DNA of 64,000 nt from Mobula hypostoma (Eukaryota): NCBI RefSeq assembly GCF_963921235.1, contig NC_086109.1:19532001-19596000 (forward strand), given 5' to 3'. Under the pieces are notes generated by a model that was not told where the DNA came from, ran no database searches, and saw only the letters and a list, made by a program, of their open reading frames with translations. The position numbers were made by a program, and so were the translations under genes. This document shows, piece after piece, positions 49,796-63,056 of the stretch (positions are counted from its first letter, which is position 1; each line of letters begins with the position of its first letter).

Positions 49796-50973
49796 CACAG
49801 TGAAATAGGTGATATCTCTCCGTCCCTTGTTAGCGGCGAGAGAGTCTGCAGTACGTCGAACTGTTGGATAAAAAATAGTTTTTGCTAACTGCAGATCATG
49901 GTCTGTCTTTGGGGGCTTTGCTATTGCTTGGTGGGTGGTGGGCACTGATGTGTTTTGCTGAAATGGGGAGGGGAAGGGGCGAGGTTGATTCATTGATGTT
50001 TGCTGCTGTTTCCACAGGGCAGGCAGGAGAGGAGGCTTTGGGGTTCTAACGTTTTTCAGTCGTTCATTCTTTTGGGGTTCTTCTGTCTTTCATAGATGTC
50101 TGTGAAGTCAATTATCTCAGGTTGTACACTAGATACATTCTCTGACAATTAACGGAACTATTTGAGCCATCTCCTCAACACTGAATTGAATCCACAACAT
50201 ATGGAGTCACTTTCAAGGACTCTACAACTCATGTTCTCAATATTATTTATTTACATTTTTAAATTATTATTATTATCAGACTTTTTTGTAATTGCACATT
50301 TTGCTTCTTTTGCGTATTGATTGTTAGTCTTTGAAGGTAGTTTTTCATTGATTCTTTTGTATTTCTTTGTTCTACTGTGAATGCCTGCAAGAAAAGGAAT
50401 CTCAGGGTAGTAGATGGTGATTTTACCCACTTTGATAATACTTTTAAGTTTCAAGGCAACCCATACAATTTCCAGCAACGGCAGATTTTCTCATGTTTGT
50501 GTTATTCTCACCTTTTATCTACTCTTCCTGACTCCAGATCTATTGACAAACTGCCTGTTCAGTTCAAGAGTGATTCAGGATAGGCAGCAAGTGTAGGAAT
50601 TTCCAGGGACACTCACATCTTTTGAAAAAAAATTGAGATTTTTTAAACAAGTGAATAAGTACTAGAGATGCCTAGGATCATTCACTTCTGAGCAGAAGAG
50701 GTAAAAGAAGGATTTAATAGTGGTGTGACAAGTTATGAGGGTCTGGATAGAATACTTGGAATGAAACTGATCAGTAGGCTCATTAGCAAGCCAAAGAGAA
50801 AATAATGAGAATTTTATAGAATTAATTGTGATGAACTACAATGCCCTGCCAATGGGAAGAGAAGATAGAAGAAGGTTAAATTGTCATTTTCAAATGGGAA
50901 TGTACAGGGTAAGTTGTAAATCTGCGATCCTATAGGGAAAGAGTTGGGGATGGAGGAGTCTTGATTAGACATG

Positions 50974-51817
50974 CACTCAGTGGCCTCTGAGTTTCGTACC
51001 ACACCGTAGCGTAGCAGCGTGACATTATTACAGCTCGGGGCATTGTAGTTCAGAGTTCACGTCTGGCGTCTTCTGTAAAAAAGTTTGTACGTCCTTCCTG
51101 TGAAGTGAATGAGTTTCCTCTGGGTGCTATGGTTTCCTCCCATAGTCCAAAGACATACAGATTAGTAAGTTCGTTGCTCAATGAAGATTGTCCTGATATT
51201 AGGCTCGGGTTCGGTTGGTGAGTTGCCGGGTGGTGCGTCTCTGTGGGACGTAAGGGCCTGTTCTGTGCTGTGTTGCTCAACAAATAAATAAAATTAGTTT
51301 GTTACCTCCTGTACCTAATAAAGTGTCTACAGCCCATCCTCTTCAAGGTTCGATGTGTTGTGTGCTCAGCGTTGCTCTTCTGCACACCATTACTGTAACA
51401 TGTGGTTAGCTGAGTGACTGTCGCCTTCCTGTCAGCTTGAATCAGACTAGTCATTGTTCCCTGACCTCTTTCACACACAGGACGCTTTCACCCACAGATC
51501 TGCTGCTCGCTGGATGTTTTTTTTTGTTCTTCACATCATTCTCCGTAAACTCTAGAGACCGTTGTTTGTGAAAATCCCAGGAGATCAGCAGATTCTGAGA
51601 TACTCAAACCACCCCATCTGGCACCAACCATCATTCCACAGTCAAAGTCAGTCAGTTCACATTTCCTCCCCATTCTGATATTTAGTCGGAATAACAACAG
51701 AACCTCTTGACCATGTCTGTGTGCTCTTATGCATTGAGTTGCTGCCACATGATTGGCTGATTAGATATTTGCATTAACGAGCAGGTGTACAGCTGTACCT
51801 AATAAAGTGGCCACTGA
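50974..51817 (-). mobile_element. Tc1-derived MITE with a SINE inserted in its terminus
   Basis: ORF 51536-51748 MGRKCELTDFDCGMMVGARWGGLSISESADLLGFSQTTVSRVY (Tc1 HTH); TIR start cactcagtggcc at 50974. Confidence 0.88.
50995..51292 (+). mobile_element. HE1/V-SINE-like SINE
   Basis: gtagcgtag head, gtttcctctgggtgctatggtttcctccca central domain, aaataaataaa tail. Confidence 0.8.
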
Positions 51818-52259
51818 TGCATTTCTGCAGAAAGTTAGTATGCGCTGAATGGTCTCCTTCTTTGTTTCAGGATTCCGAATCAATCACCTTTTTTCACATT
51901 CCCTTCCCCATAGCGTTGACAGGTCCTCAGACTGCTAACTCTACCCCTCTCGGTTACTCTATAATTTAGCACCTCGTTTTGCACTGCTAGGGCTTTTCTC
52001 TTTGGAGCAATGGAGGATGAGAGGTAACTTTACAAAGGTGTACAAGATAATATGAGGCATTGATTAAGTGGACCTTTCCTCAGAGCAGCAATGGTTAATA
52101 TCGAAGTACATCCTTTTAAGGAAAATGTCAGAGATAGGTATTTTACACAGACAGTGGTAAGTTCATGGGACATACTGTGGGAGCGATAGGAAAGGCTGGT
52201 TTATTAGGTACATTTAACATACTCTCAGACTGGATGAAAGAAAAATGGAATTTTTTCTT

Positions 52260-52480
52260 TGCTTCCCCCTCTCCTGGATTCACCTGCCACCTGCCACCTC
52301 ATACTTCTTCCAATCCTTCCCCCACCTTCTTCTCCCTTCCTTTCCAGAACCGATGAAGGGCCTCGGCCCAAAACGTCGACTATTTATTCCCACCCATAGG
52401 GGCTGCCTGACATGCTGAGCTCCTCTGGCATGTTATGTGTCTTGCTTGAGATTTCTAGCATCTGCAGTACCTCTTTTGTA
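52260..52480 (+). mobile_element. PLE 3'UTR remnant with a mutated hammerhead
   Basis: ccgatgaagggcctcggcccaaaacgtcgact...tagcatctgcag. Confidence 0.75.
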
Positions 52481-53254
52481 AATAATTATCTGAGCACTAG
52501 TCTGTTGTTTTGTGTTTATCGCTGTATTCGTTGTATTTATTACTACCATGTAGACTTTACTTTGTGAGCTCCCTACGGGCAAGGAATTTCATTGCACCCT
52601 GGTGTATATCACAATAAGCTAATCTGAATCTGAGGATTCTTTGATCATGTGAAAAAGGAACAGATAAATTGGGAGAGACTTTGAGAAGTGAATTGTGCAG
52701 AACAAGCTTCATTTAAATTGGCCCATCAAAAAACTGACAGAAAGAGAAAGAGCAAATTCCTCCTTCTGCACTGCAGAGGGTATGACACATTTGCCATACC
52801 TGCCTGACTTTTAGACCAATAATCCAGACAGAAAGTTTGTATCTGTCACCGAGGGAAGAAATTTACATGGGAGGATTTGATAATATTGCTATTGACACAA
52901 TGAATACACCCTGTACAATCATTGCAGTAAATTGGTGGTAGAACAAACAGTAAAATTAAACCTTAGCCCCAAGTATTTCATATTTCAGTCAGATTTCAAA
53001 AAAAATATTTGAGCTTTCCACTGGCAAGAGATGATGAGCTATTTTATCTTTAATTGTCCCCAATTTGCAGTCTATTCACAAAAACTATAAATATATTTTA
53101 ATCTGAAAATAGCTTGACATTATTTTGTAATGATAGAAACTTATATTACATTGCATTTCAAACTGCCAGCGAGACCCATTAGAATGTGTATTTGGATTGC
53201 CTAAGTAATTGCTAGCTGTCATTTACCTTAATGAACGCCTGTTAACACACTTAC

Positions 53255-53260
53255 TGCTTT
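53255..53260 (-). other. Candidate 6-nt micro-exon (AAAGCA)
   Basis: cctcctttgtttttattttgaaTGCtgttAG|aaagca|GTAAGT. Confidence 0.3.
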
Positions 53261-53704
53261 CTAACAGCATTCAAAATAAAAACAAAGGAGGTTTATTAAT
53301 TCACTCTATTGTATTTTAGGGTTTAATTTCCAGTCCCATTGTACCCCTATTATTCCCAATCTGGTGAAGAATCTCTGCCCAAAACATCGACTCTTTGTTT
53401 CTTTCCATAGATGCTACCTGACTTGCTGAGTTCCTCCAGCATTTTGTGTGTGTTATTCCCACTCTCCCGCCCTAATAATTTTGTTTGGTGTTCTTTATAC
53501 ACATTGAGAAGAGGAAATGGGTTAAGGTTTTGGGGGAAATTTTAATTTTCGATGATATTCAAAAACAAGTTTACTCTGATATGGCACCCTTGTTGTGGCA
53601 ACTGCTGTTATTCATCAGCTCAGAAGATGGGAACTGCAGGATACTAATTGTCCTCCTGTTGCTTTATTACTTATTTATTTATTATTGTTATTATTTTATT
53701 TATT

Positions 53705-53913
53705 CTTAGCTCAAGCTGGTAAAACCTGAGGTATGGGCATGGTCAAGCACATTCAATTGCCAGGGACCTTTGGAACATCCTAGTGATGTTTCACATTGTG
53801 GCCTTCTGGCGATTAACATAAATATTGTTTTGTAGGGCGAATTGTTTAATGCTGTTGTGTTGTGACTTTGGGATAATATCAGTTGTAGATATTACTATGG
53901 GACAATGTATACC
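53705..53913 (-). mobile_element. Second R4/Dong-clade 3' remnant
   Basis: Colinear with 26110-26333; PIVISTTDIIPKSQHNSIKQ...QKAT; 3' end abuts a TAA-rich tract. Confidence 0.75.
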
Positions 53914-53914
53914 A

Positions 53915-54550
53915 TCATACAAAATTCTGGAGGAACTCAGCAGGCCAGGCAGCATCTATGGAAAAGAGTAAACAGTCAACAGTTCAGGCTAAGACCCTTC
54001 ATCAGGACTGGAAAGGAAGGAGAGAAGTCAAAGGAAGAAGGTTTAGGGAGGAGAAGAAGAAGTACAAGGTGGCAGGTGATAGGTGAAACTGGGAGAGGGG
54101 CAGGGGTGAAGTAAAGAGCTGGGAAGTTGATTGGTGCAAGGGATAAAGGGCTGGAGAAGGGAGAATTTGATAAGAGAAGACAGAAGACCATGGAACAATG
54201 AGAAGGGAGAGGAGCACCAGTGGGAGGTGATGGGTAGGTAAGGAATTAAGGTGAGAGAAGGAAACAGGAATGGGGAATGGTGAAGGAGAGGAGGATGGAG
54301 GTCATTACTGTAAGTTCGAGAAATCAATGTTCGTGCCAGTAGGTTGAAGGCTACCCAGTTGGAATAAGAGGTGTTGTTCCTTTGACTTGTGTGACCTCAT
54401 CCTGGCAGTAGAACATGCCACAGACAGACATTCGGAATGGGAATGGGAAGTAGAATTGAAATTAATGGCCACCGGGAGATCCCGCTTTTTGTGGTGGATG
54501 GAGAGAAGGTGCTCAGCGAAGTGGTCTCAGACGTAGATTGGGAGACCACT
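53915..54550 (-). mobile_element. Degenerate PLE 3' part
   Basis: GIY-YIG remnant at 54310-54550 and 3'UTR homologous to 41343-41970. Confidence 0.85.
53973..54010 (-). ncRNA. Hammerhead motif with a core substitution
   Basis: cagtc-CTGATGA-agggtcttagcct-GAAC-tg-TT-gactg: perfect 5-bp stem I but GAAA changed to GAAC. Confidence 0.5.
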
Positions 54551-54554
54551 TGCC

Positions 54555-54850
54555 AGTCCTCAACCTACTTACATAGCTGATCAAAATCCTCCTGTAATTT
54601 TTGATAACCTTCTTCACTGCCTATGATGTCACCTGTTTTAGTATCAGGCACGAACCATCCAAATTTCTTATGTAAATAATGAACAACAAAGGTCCCAGCA
54701 CCAACCCCTCAAGCACAGTTCTAGTTGCTGCCCTCCAGTCCGAGAAGCAACTTTTGACCATCACCCTCTACTAGCCATCATTGAGTCAATTATAAATCCA
54801 ATTATCTATCTCTCAGTGAATCCATCCATGCTATTAGCCAATCTACTGTC
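54555..54850 (-). mobile_element. Degenerate CR1 RT fragment
   Basis: Reverse strand ttggtgctgggacctttgttgttc (VLGPLLF) is homologous to 6950-7140. Confidence 0.6.
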
Positions 54851-55137
54851 TACCTTCAACTTGCCCTGTTCTCAGCATCCACCATTCTGTTCCTCAGTAA
54901 TTTACACATTCACCAGCAAGGTCAACGTTTTCAGCTCAAGTTCTTTCACAATATCAGTGCATTTTTTAAAATAATTTTCACAACGTTTCTATCTACCTGA
55001 TAGACTATTCTCCTTCAACTAGGCAAATTCATCTCAGCTCATTTTCTAATTAGATTGTGTTCATCAGGGTGTGAGGTGTCTCCTAAGTTTCATCCCCACT
55101 CAATAACGCTTTATACAGTTGCGTGACTGCACATATT

Positions 55138-55680
55138 CCAAAGTCAAAATTAAAGTTTATTATCAAAATGCATACACTGTATGTCGCCATATACTAACTT
55201 GAGATTCATTTTATTGCAGGAATTTACAGGAAAATAATGAAATACAATAGAATTTATGAAAAATTATACATAAACAAAGACTGACAAGCAACCAATGTGC
55301 AAAAGAAGATAAATTGAGCAAATTAAAGAAATAATACAGAGAACATGAGTTATAGTGTCCTTGAAAGTGAGTCTTGCAGGCTGAAGAATCAGTTCAGAGC
55401 TGAGGTGAGTTAAGTTATGCACACTGGTTCAGGAGCCTGATGGTTGTTGGACCTGAGGCTCCTGTACCTTCTTCCCAATCGCAGCAGTGAGAAGGGAGCA
55501 TGGCCTGGGTGGTAGGGATCCTTGATGATGGATTCGACTTTCCTGCGGCAGCGATCCTTGTAAATGAGCTCCATGGTGGTGGGGGTGGGGGGTGGACTTT
55601 ACCTGTGATGGACTGGGCAGTGTCCTCCACTTTCTGTAGACTTCTCCATTCCTGGGCATTGGTGGCTCCATAACCAGGAT
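55138..55680 (-). mobile_element. Rex1/Babar-like LINE 3' fragment
   Basis: LQKVEDTAQSITG...; 3'UTR shared with 22040-22240. Confidence 0.8.
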
Positions 55681-56799
55681 TCATGATTCTTCCCATGAAT
55701 GATGCTTTGCACAGCATGAATTCTAGTTCATGCACCTCCACCTGAAATTCCACCTCAACCAGACTGTGGTCTGTACAATCTTAGTGCAGGTGTAAAGGAC
55801 AGCCAAATTTCTAGGTAAAATTTTTCCAAAATTTGACTGGACTGTACATGTTGAGAAAGGATGGTAAGAGGTGAGAAGAGCTGAGTCACTCTATGGCATA
55901 CATAGAGTCCGGATGATTGAAAGTTTCTCTGTTCTCTAGCAGAAACAAGTACTGATCTTAGCTGTCCCTGGGAGCAGTTACTATAGCTAAGTTGAAATAG
56001 ATCTGTTTCAGGATCTTGCTAAGACATAGTCATGATAGAAGCAAATGGATTAAGAGTGACAACATTAACATGAATTTTTTTTGGTCAGGCCAATCATTAA
56101 ATAATATCCACAGTGTTAAAATAGTGCAAGGCAGCAACATCCCAAAATGCCAGTGGTACAAATGTGGTCCATTCTCCAGGTGTAGAAGAAGTGGATGTGA
56201 TCCAATTGAGCCAGCAAACAAAGAATGGTCAGAGAAAGAGCAGTCTCCAAGTTGCTGTGAAGTAATGTCGGAGGCACATTTCTCCCTGCAATGGCTGGGA
56301 ATATTGGAGCTGTTGGAGGATATCGTTTTGCATGAGAGATCCTGACAGGGTGGAGCTGGACACTGAGTTAGACAATGCATTTTCTCAACCGAATCTTGTA
56401 CTTCAAAGTCAAACAGATCGAGATATTTATGAAGTGATAACTGAACAAACTGTGATACCCAGCAGTGTGAAGGGGTGTTTTGTATCCAAAGTATTGTCGA
56501 AGAGGTCAATCTTAAAGGAGGCATTTGAATGGCCAGCTGAAGGTACAAATGCTAAAGACTGCACAATTAAAGCTGGGGATATCAAACAGTCAGGACTGGT
56601 GATACGCGGAGATAACAATGGATGTGGAGCATTGGGATGTGATAGAGATAGGAGCATTAAAACGGAGACACTGTTGGACCAGGAGGCAATGGAGATCAGA
56701 GAACACAATGGTGTGAATCTGTAGCAAAGTTATTGTCCTTTGATGTTCCTTTGAATCATTCAAATGTTCTTAAATCCGCCTTATGACTTCCTCATTTGA

Positions 56800-57140
56800 G
56801 TCAAATCATGGGTTTTAATTCAAAGTTGAGAGTCTTGTACACACAGCTGACCATCGTACATGGTACAAACTGAGTGTTAAGAAGCTGTGTTTGGGTTGAG
56901 AGAAGTCTCATCTGTTCTCTCAGGTGGATCTAGACGATCCTCGGTCCTGTCTAATATAGCCAATATCCTCAGCAAAGCAAATTATCTGGTCTATTGCATT
57001 GCTGCTCCTGGGATCTCAATGTGCAGAGATTGGCTGCTGTATGGCTTGCATTATAACACTGGCAGTATTTCAAACATACTCCACTGGCATTAAGCACTTT
57101 GAGATGTCCTGGGTGGTAAAAGGTGCTATATAAAGGAAGG
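56800..57140 (+). mobile_element. Deu-domain SINE remnant
   Basis: ctctcaggtgga...attatctggtc...attggctgc...gatgtcctggg...aaaggtgctatataaa. Confidence 0.65.
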
Positions 57141-57879
57141 TTAATTATTCCTTGTGATGCCGCCTTCAGCCGTGCACCCTACAGAGCTCCATTCTGTCTC
57201 CAGAAGGCTTCCTAATCACTCTAACAGATGTACAGGCTGGATGTGCTTGTTTAATGAATGCTCTAGTAAAAATGTGCGACCTTGTTTGTGCCATGGTTTC
57301 TCTGTGCTGACTATATTCCAGAAATGATAATTTTAAACCAAAGCAACAGTTACACAGATTTTATACTATTCTATGCTATTGTTTATCCTCCAGACATGCA
57401 AAAGTCCTTAATGCTGCTTTCCAACATCCTTTCCGTCACATTCTCTTAAGCGAGCTTTTCAACTTATTAAGCATTGCCATAATCTCTGCTTCAATTGTTC
57501 TATTGAGTCCATACACGGTATTATCTGTTTAAATGGGGTGGCCTGTGATTCAGCAAAAACTTCAACCTCTGAGTCAGAGGTTATGCATTCCACATTTAAT
57601 CTTATATCTATGTCTTTCCATCCTGGACCCCTCAGTCACTGGAAGCAAGCTGCTTCTCTCCACAGCATCCCTTAACTATTAGTATCTCTGACAAATCTGC
57701 CCTCACAAAGCCTGCCCTAATTTTCCTCACTTGTAATATGTCCCCAAACAACTAAGGCCTATTCTCAATCATGACCTTAAGATGCTACACTCCCTGAGGA
57801 CTTCATACAAACATTACCAAACAACATTTGACACTGAACCACAAAAAGAAATTTTGGTCAGCATTTTGGATATGAAGCA

Positions 57880-58634
57880 ACATGTTGGTCCAATTAAGCG
57901 GCTGTCCCAGTTATCCGAACTTTCGTGGAAATAGTAAGTTATCAGAAACCACCATTTAACTGAGAAACAAGTTATGTATTTAAATAAAATACAGAATAAA
58001 TTAGAACACTACCAAAACTGTGTATTAGTTCCTAAACGTTATTGTTGGAGGAACTACCATGTTCTTATGATTGACTGTAAATGAACAAAATCAGCACAGA
58101 CACCTAGTACAGATAATAGACTGCCTTTCAACAGTGCTTTAGATGGTTGCATTTGCCAAATCCCCATTGTAACCTTCAAGATGGTTGCCAATCCCTTTAA
58201 ATTCTTCGTAGTTCCCAACTTATTGAAGCAGCAAAATCATTTCATTTTCACTCTCCGCTGTTTCTAGCATCTCCAAATCTGAATGCTTTAAAGTGCAGTG
58301 AGCAAAGCAATTCTGAATTGTATTACTGCTTGTTACTTGCCAACTATCAGTAACAAAAATCACTGCTTTTTGAACACAGACACGCAAGTAATGTTATTTA
58401 AAAACTGTTCATTCTAAGCACAGTATTGTGTCCAACAGCCACGCAAGTGCACATGACTGACACTAGTTAGAAACTGTTCGATAACAGTCTCTGTCTCCTG
58501 TGCCAATTAAGTGGCATAATATCCGAAGTAAAGAAAGGGAATCCCAGCTAATTTTTGAATAATTTTTGTACTTTAAGAGTTGTCCCAAATAAGTGGCAGC
58601 CCTGATTAACCAATGGCCCAGTTAACTGGCATCC
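57880..58634 (-). mobile_element. Tigger/pogo-like non-autonomous DNA transposon remnant
   Basis: Repeated cccaattaa(c/g)-like subterminal motifs; reverse translation AVIFVTDSW....TIQNCFAHC resembles the TIGD/pogo C-terminus. Confidence 0.6.
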
Positions 58635-59159
58635 TGTGTGTCTGTGTGTGGGTGTGTAGTGTATACTCTATACACACACACACACACACACAGACGCACA
58701 GGATTATACAGTATATACAGGTATATACAGCACACGGGTATATACAGTACCTATGTATATATAATTTCTTATTGTAATTTATAGTATTTCTTATGTATTA
58801 TGATAAATTAATGAATCTGCATCTGACATACTGGTGCTGGACGGGTCAATTTTCAATTGTTCTGTCCAGTCCATACACTGCATTATCTGTTTATGTAGGT
58901 TTTGCCAATAATTCAGCAAAAACTCCTTTCTCTGAGTGAATACAGAAAAATAGGAATTGATAGTGAAAGGTTGAAATGCATACAGAAGTAATGTTTTTGC
59001 TACTTAAATCGAATGATTAAAAATCAACACATGCTTTGCAGTGTTTAGAAAAGTAACAGGGAAAGGAGTCTTAAGATAAATGCCAGGTCAATAACGCAAC
59101 AAAGGGTTGTTCACGAGAGAATTCAAAGTGACAGAAAGAACACAAGAAAAATCAGCACG

Positions 59160-60712
59160 TATGGCCAAGTACTAAAGACCTGCCTGAGGTGTTCACCGAT
59201 ATCTTTAACCTCTCATTTCGGCAGTCTGAGGTACCCACCGGCTTCAAACAGGTTTCAATTATATTGGTGCCTAAGAAGAATGTGGTGACTTGTCTCAATG
59301 TCTATCATCCACTGTGATGAAGTGTTTTGAGAGTTTTGCAATGAAACATATCAACTTCTGCCTGAGGAGCAACTTGGATCTGGTCCAATTTGTCTACCTG
59401 CACAACAGGTCCACAGCAGATGCCATTTCAATGGCTTTTCACTCAACCCTGGAACATCTGGACAGCAAAGATGCATACATCAGGATACTCTTTATTGACT
59501 ACAGTTCGGCATTCAATATGATCATCCCCTCAAAACTAATCAATAAGCTTCAAGGGCTTGGCGTCAATACCTCTTTGTGCAACTGGATCCTCAATTTCCA
59601 ACATTGCAGACCCCAGTCAGTTCGGATTGGCAACAACATCTCCACCATCAGCACAGGTGTACCACAAGACCGTATGCTTAGACCCCTGATTTACTCACTT
59701 TATACTTACTGTATGAGTGTGAGCCTAGGTACAGCTCCAAAGCTATATTAAGTTTGTTGATAACACCACAGTCGTTGGCTGAATCAAAGGTGATGACAAA
59801 TCATTATATTTACGGGAGATGTAAAATCTGGCTGAGTGGTGCTACATCAACAACCTGTCACTTAATGTCAGCAAAACCGGAGCTGATTATTGATTTCAGG
59901 AGGAGGAAACCAGAGGTCCATGAGCCAGTCCACATTGGGGAATCAGAGGTAGAGAGGGTCAGTAACATAAATGCCTCAGTGTTATCATTTCAAAGAACCT
60001 GTCCTGGGCCCAGCACATAAGTGTAATTACGGAGAAAGCACGGCAGCACTTCTACTTCCTTAGGAGACTGTGAACATTCAGAATGTCGCCTAAAAGTTTG
60101 ACAAACTGCAATGGATGTGTCTTGGAGAGTGTATTGACTGGATGCGTCACAGCCTGGTATGGAAACACCACTGCCCTTGAACGGAACATCCTACAAAAAG
60201 TTTTAGATATGGCCCAGTCCATCAACAGTAAAGCCCTCTCCACCGATGAGTACTTCTACATGTCGCAGGAAAGCAGTATCCATCATCAGGGACCCCCACC
60301 ACCCAGGCCATGCTCTCTTCTCACTGCTGCCAGCAGGATGAGGGTACAGGAGCCTCGGGGCTCACCATCAGAAACAGTTACTACCCCTCAAGCATCAAGC
60401 TCTTGAAATACTGGGGATAATTTCACTGAACTTCACTTGCCCCATCACTGAACTGTTCTCACAACCCATGGACTGACTTTCAAGGATTCTTCAACTCATG
60501 CTCTCAATACTTACTAAGTATTTATTTATTATTATTGTTTCTTTTTTTATATTTGCACATCAGCTGTTTGCCCGTCCTGTTGGGTGTGGTCTTTCATTGA
60601 TCCTATTGTGCTGCTTGTATTTACTGAGTATGCCCGCAAGAAAAAGAATCTCAGGGTTGTATATGGTAACATATATGTACTTTGACAATAAGTTTACTTT
60701 GAATTTTGAACA
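59160..60712 (+). mobile_element. Rex1/Babar-clade LINE, 5'-truncated, disrupted RT
   Basis: MKCFE...NRSTADAI...LEHLD...[17 protein letters not shown]...TGVPQ, then C-terminus and 3'UTR ending tttgaattttgaac. Confidence 0.92.
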
Positions 60713-62024
60713 ATGAAGAAACATAGACAGTTTATTGTAAAATAATAAATATAACATATTGAGAAACTAGAACGTATTTAAAACCTAAAAGGATTGCTTT
60801 CTTGTTGGAGTAGTGGGCATGGAAGTTCTATATTTACTATATGCTTAATAAGGAGAACTTAGAGGGCTTTTAGGAAAAATGGTGGGGTTATGTCTGAGGG
60901 AGCTAGATGGGAGTAATGGATGGTGGTGGATTAGATTGAGTGTTTTACCATTTCAAAGATCCACTATGGTTTCAGTGGCTTCCTTCTAACTTTTAAAACT
61001 GTGAGCAGATCTCCAAAAAGTGCTCCTCAGTTGTTAAGCAACAGGACAGAAACAACAAAAAGCAGGAACTTGTTTTTATGTAGCACCTAGTCATGACACT
61101 CAGGAAACCCCAAATTACTTGGTCTCCCTTTAAAATACAGACTCTGTTACAATATAGCTCAAAATAATATGAGAATCCCTCCTGCAAAGCAAATTTAATC
61201 CACCCTAAAGGAAAACCAGTTAGACCTTTGACACTAATTTCATTATCACCGGAGAGGGTTTGCTGTGATTCTACGAGGGAGGCAGCCCCTACACACTCCC
61301 ATGACATTCCTCCATCATCCTTAGCATTTATATCAAGGTTTGATTTTGAAAGCCTGGTAATTTCATAATCCTCAGTAACCTCCAGGGTGATTATCAGAAT
61401 CACCAACATAACTAAATGTGACTTAAAATATACTTTAATTAAATAATTAAGCACTGTCTAATTAAACCATTCAAATATAACGTAATAGTTGAGTTATTTT
61501 CTGCTATCTAATTTCACTATAAATATTCCAAAGTTCAATTACCATAAGGGTTTTCTCAAAAATACACAGTCACAGAAGCAGCTCGCTCAAAAGGAGACCA
61601 TTTGGCCCATTGTGTCTCTGTTGTATATATGAAAGACCCGCCCAATTTGTCCCAAGTACTTTCTCTACCCCACACCGCCTCCAGCACCTCTCCCCTGGGC
61701 GACTGCAACAGGCAACCCCGCGGCATGAAGCCCTAACCTGCGCCATAACAGAGGACAAGCAGCTCCTTTGTCCAACTAACAAATTGGACTTGCAGTATTC
61801 TACATTGCCAATATCCAACAGGGTCTTGCAATCAAAAGAAAAATATCCAAGACAATATCTTGCTCCATTTGTTAGATGCACCTCGTCTCTGCGCAATGAC
61901 TCTGACACTTTCCTGTTGGAGGAAGTCCAGCTCCTCCATTATCAAGTAACTCATTAGTGGGGAAGACCTGCAGTATTTGATGTTCTTGATAACCAGCAAT
62001 GTCTTGTGATTGTAAAAAAAACAT

Positions 62025-62645
62025 TAAAAAATTTTGAATTATTGTCACGTGTACCAAGATAGAGTTTCTTGCAAAATGTGCTTACAAATCAAACCATTAC
62101 ACGTTGCATTGAGCTACAATAAGGTAAGCAAAAAAAAACAATGCACATAAAGTGCAAAAGCTAAGAGAAAGTACATTACAGGTAAGCTGTAATGTACAAG
62201 ACCATAACTATGTAGATTGTGAGGACAAGCCTCCATCTTATCATATAAGAGATCTGTTCACGTGTCTGATTAACAGTGAGATAGAAGCTGTCCTTGAGCC
62301 TGGTGCCTAACAGGAGAAGGGAAAAGGGAGAATATCCAGTGTGCATGGGGTTTTTAATTATGTTGGTTGCTTTACTGGTTCAGTGAGAAGTGTAGACAGG
62401 GTCTATAAAGAAAGGCTGGTTCCTCTGATGTGCTGAGCCGTACCTACAACGCTCTGCAGTTTTTTGCAGCCGCATGCAAAGCAGTTGCCATACCAAGCCA
62501 TTATGTTTCCAAGCAGACTGCTTTCTATGTGGAATGATAAAAAATGGTAAGCGTACATGGCAAATTTCTTTAGCCTCCTGAGGCAGTAGAGGTGTTGGTG
62601 AGCCAGGACCAATTGTGATTGTGATTGTGATTGTGATTGTGACCA
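62025..62645 (-). mobile_element. Rex1/Babar-like fragment with (TGTGAT)n at its 5' junction
   Basis: ORF 62403-62684: AHQHLYCLRRLKKF...IESSLLGNIMAWYGNC. Confidence 0.75.
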
Positions 62646-63056
62646 GGACCGGCTGTTTGTGGTTGGACTAAGATAGACTGGCAATGTTCACATAGTTATT
62701 CATCTTCAAATTCTGTTATTTTGATGAAACAAGACCTACTCCCAATTAGCACTGGAACCAAAAGCAATTTTCTACGTCCTACACCCATTTCCAACCTCCC
62801 CCCATGTTCTTCATCTGTCTGTTATTAGTCTGATACATGGAAATATTACTATCTCAAGCGGTCTGTATTGTTTTCAACTCATGCACTGTATTCCTTTCAG
62901 CTGTCAAGAATATGATTAATGTTCTAATGTTCATCCTGGATTATTAGAAATGAAAATGAAAATTGCCTTGAAAACTCTATTCTCCTCTCTATTCTGTCCC
63001 TGCCCTGATTTTAATCCTTCAATTTGACTTTTCTGAAATTTCCAGTATTGATTTGA

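Noticed and set aside
52345..52381. Additional active hammerheads (also near 15041, 37050, 39772 and 53360)
   Set aside because: Core or stem nucleotides are mutated or deleted; treated as fossils.
56332..56724. 130-aa ORF as a host gene
   Set aside because: No recognisable domain; overlaps sequence resembling a degenerate antisense L2 3' region (tcttaaaggagg...cagctgaagg).
60993..61454. 153-aa minus-strand ORF
   Set aside because: No recognisable motif or splice context; its 3' part overlaps a SINE-tail-like sequence.
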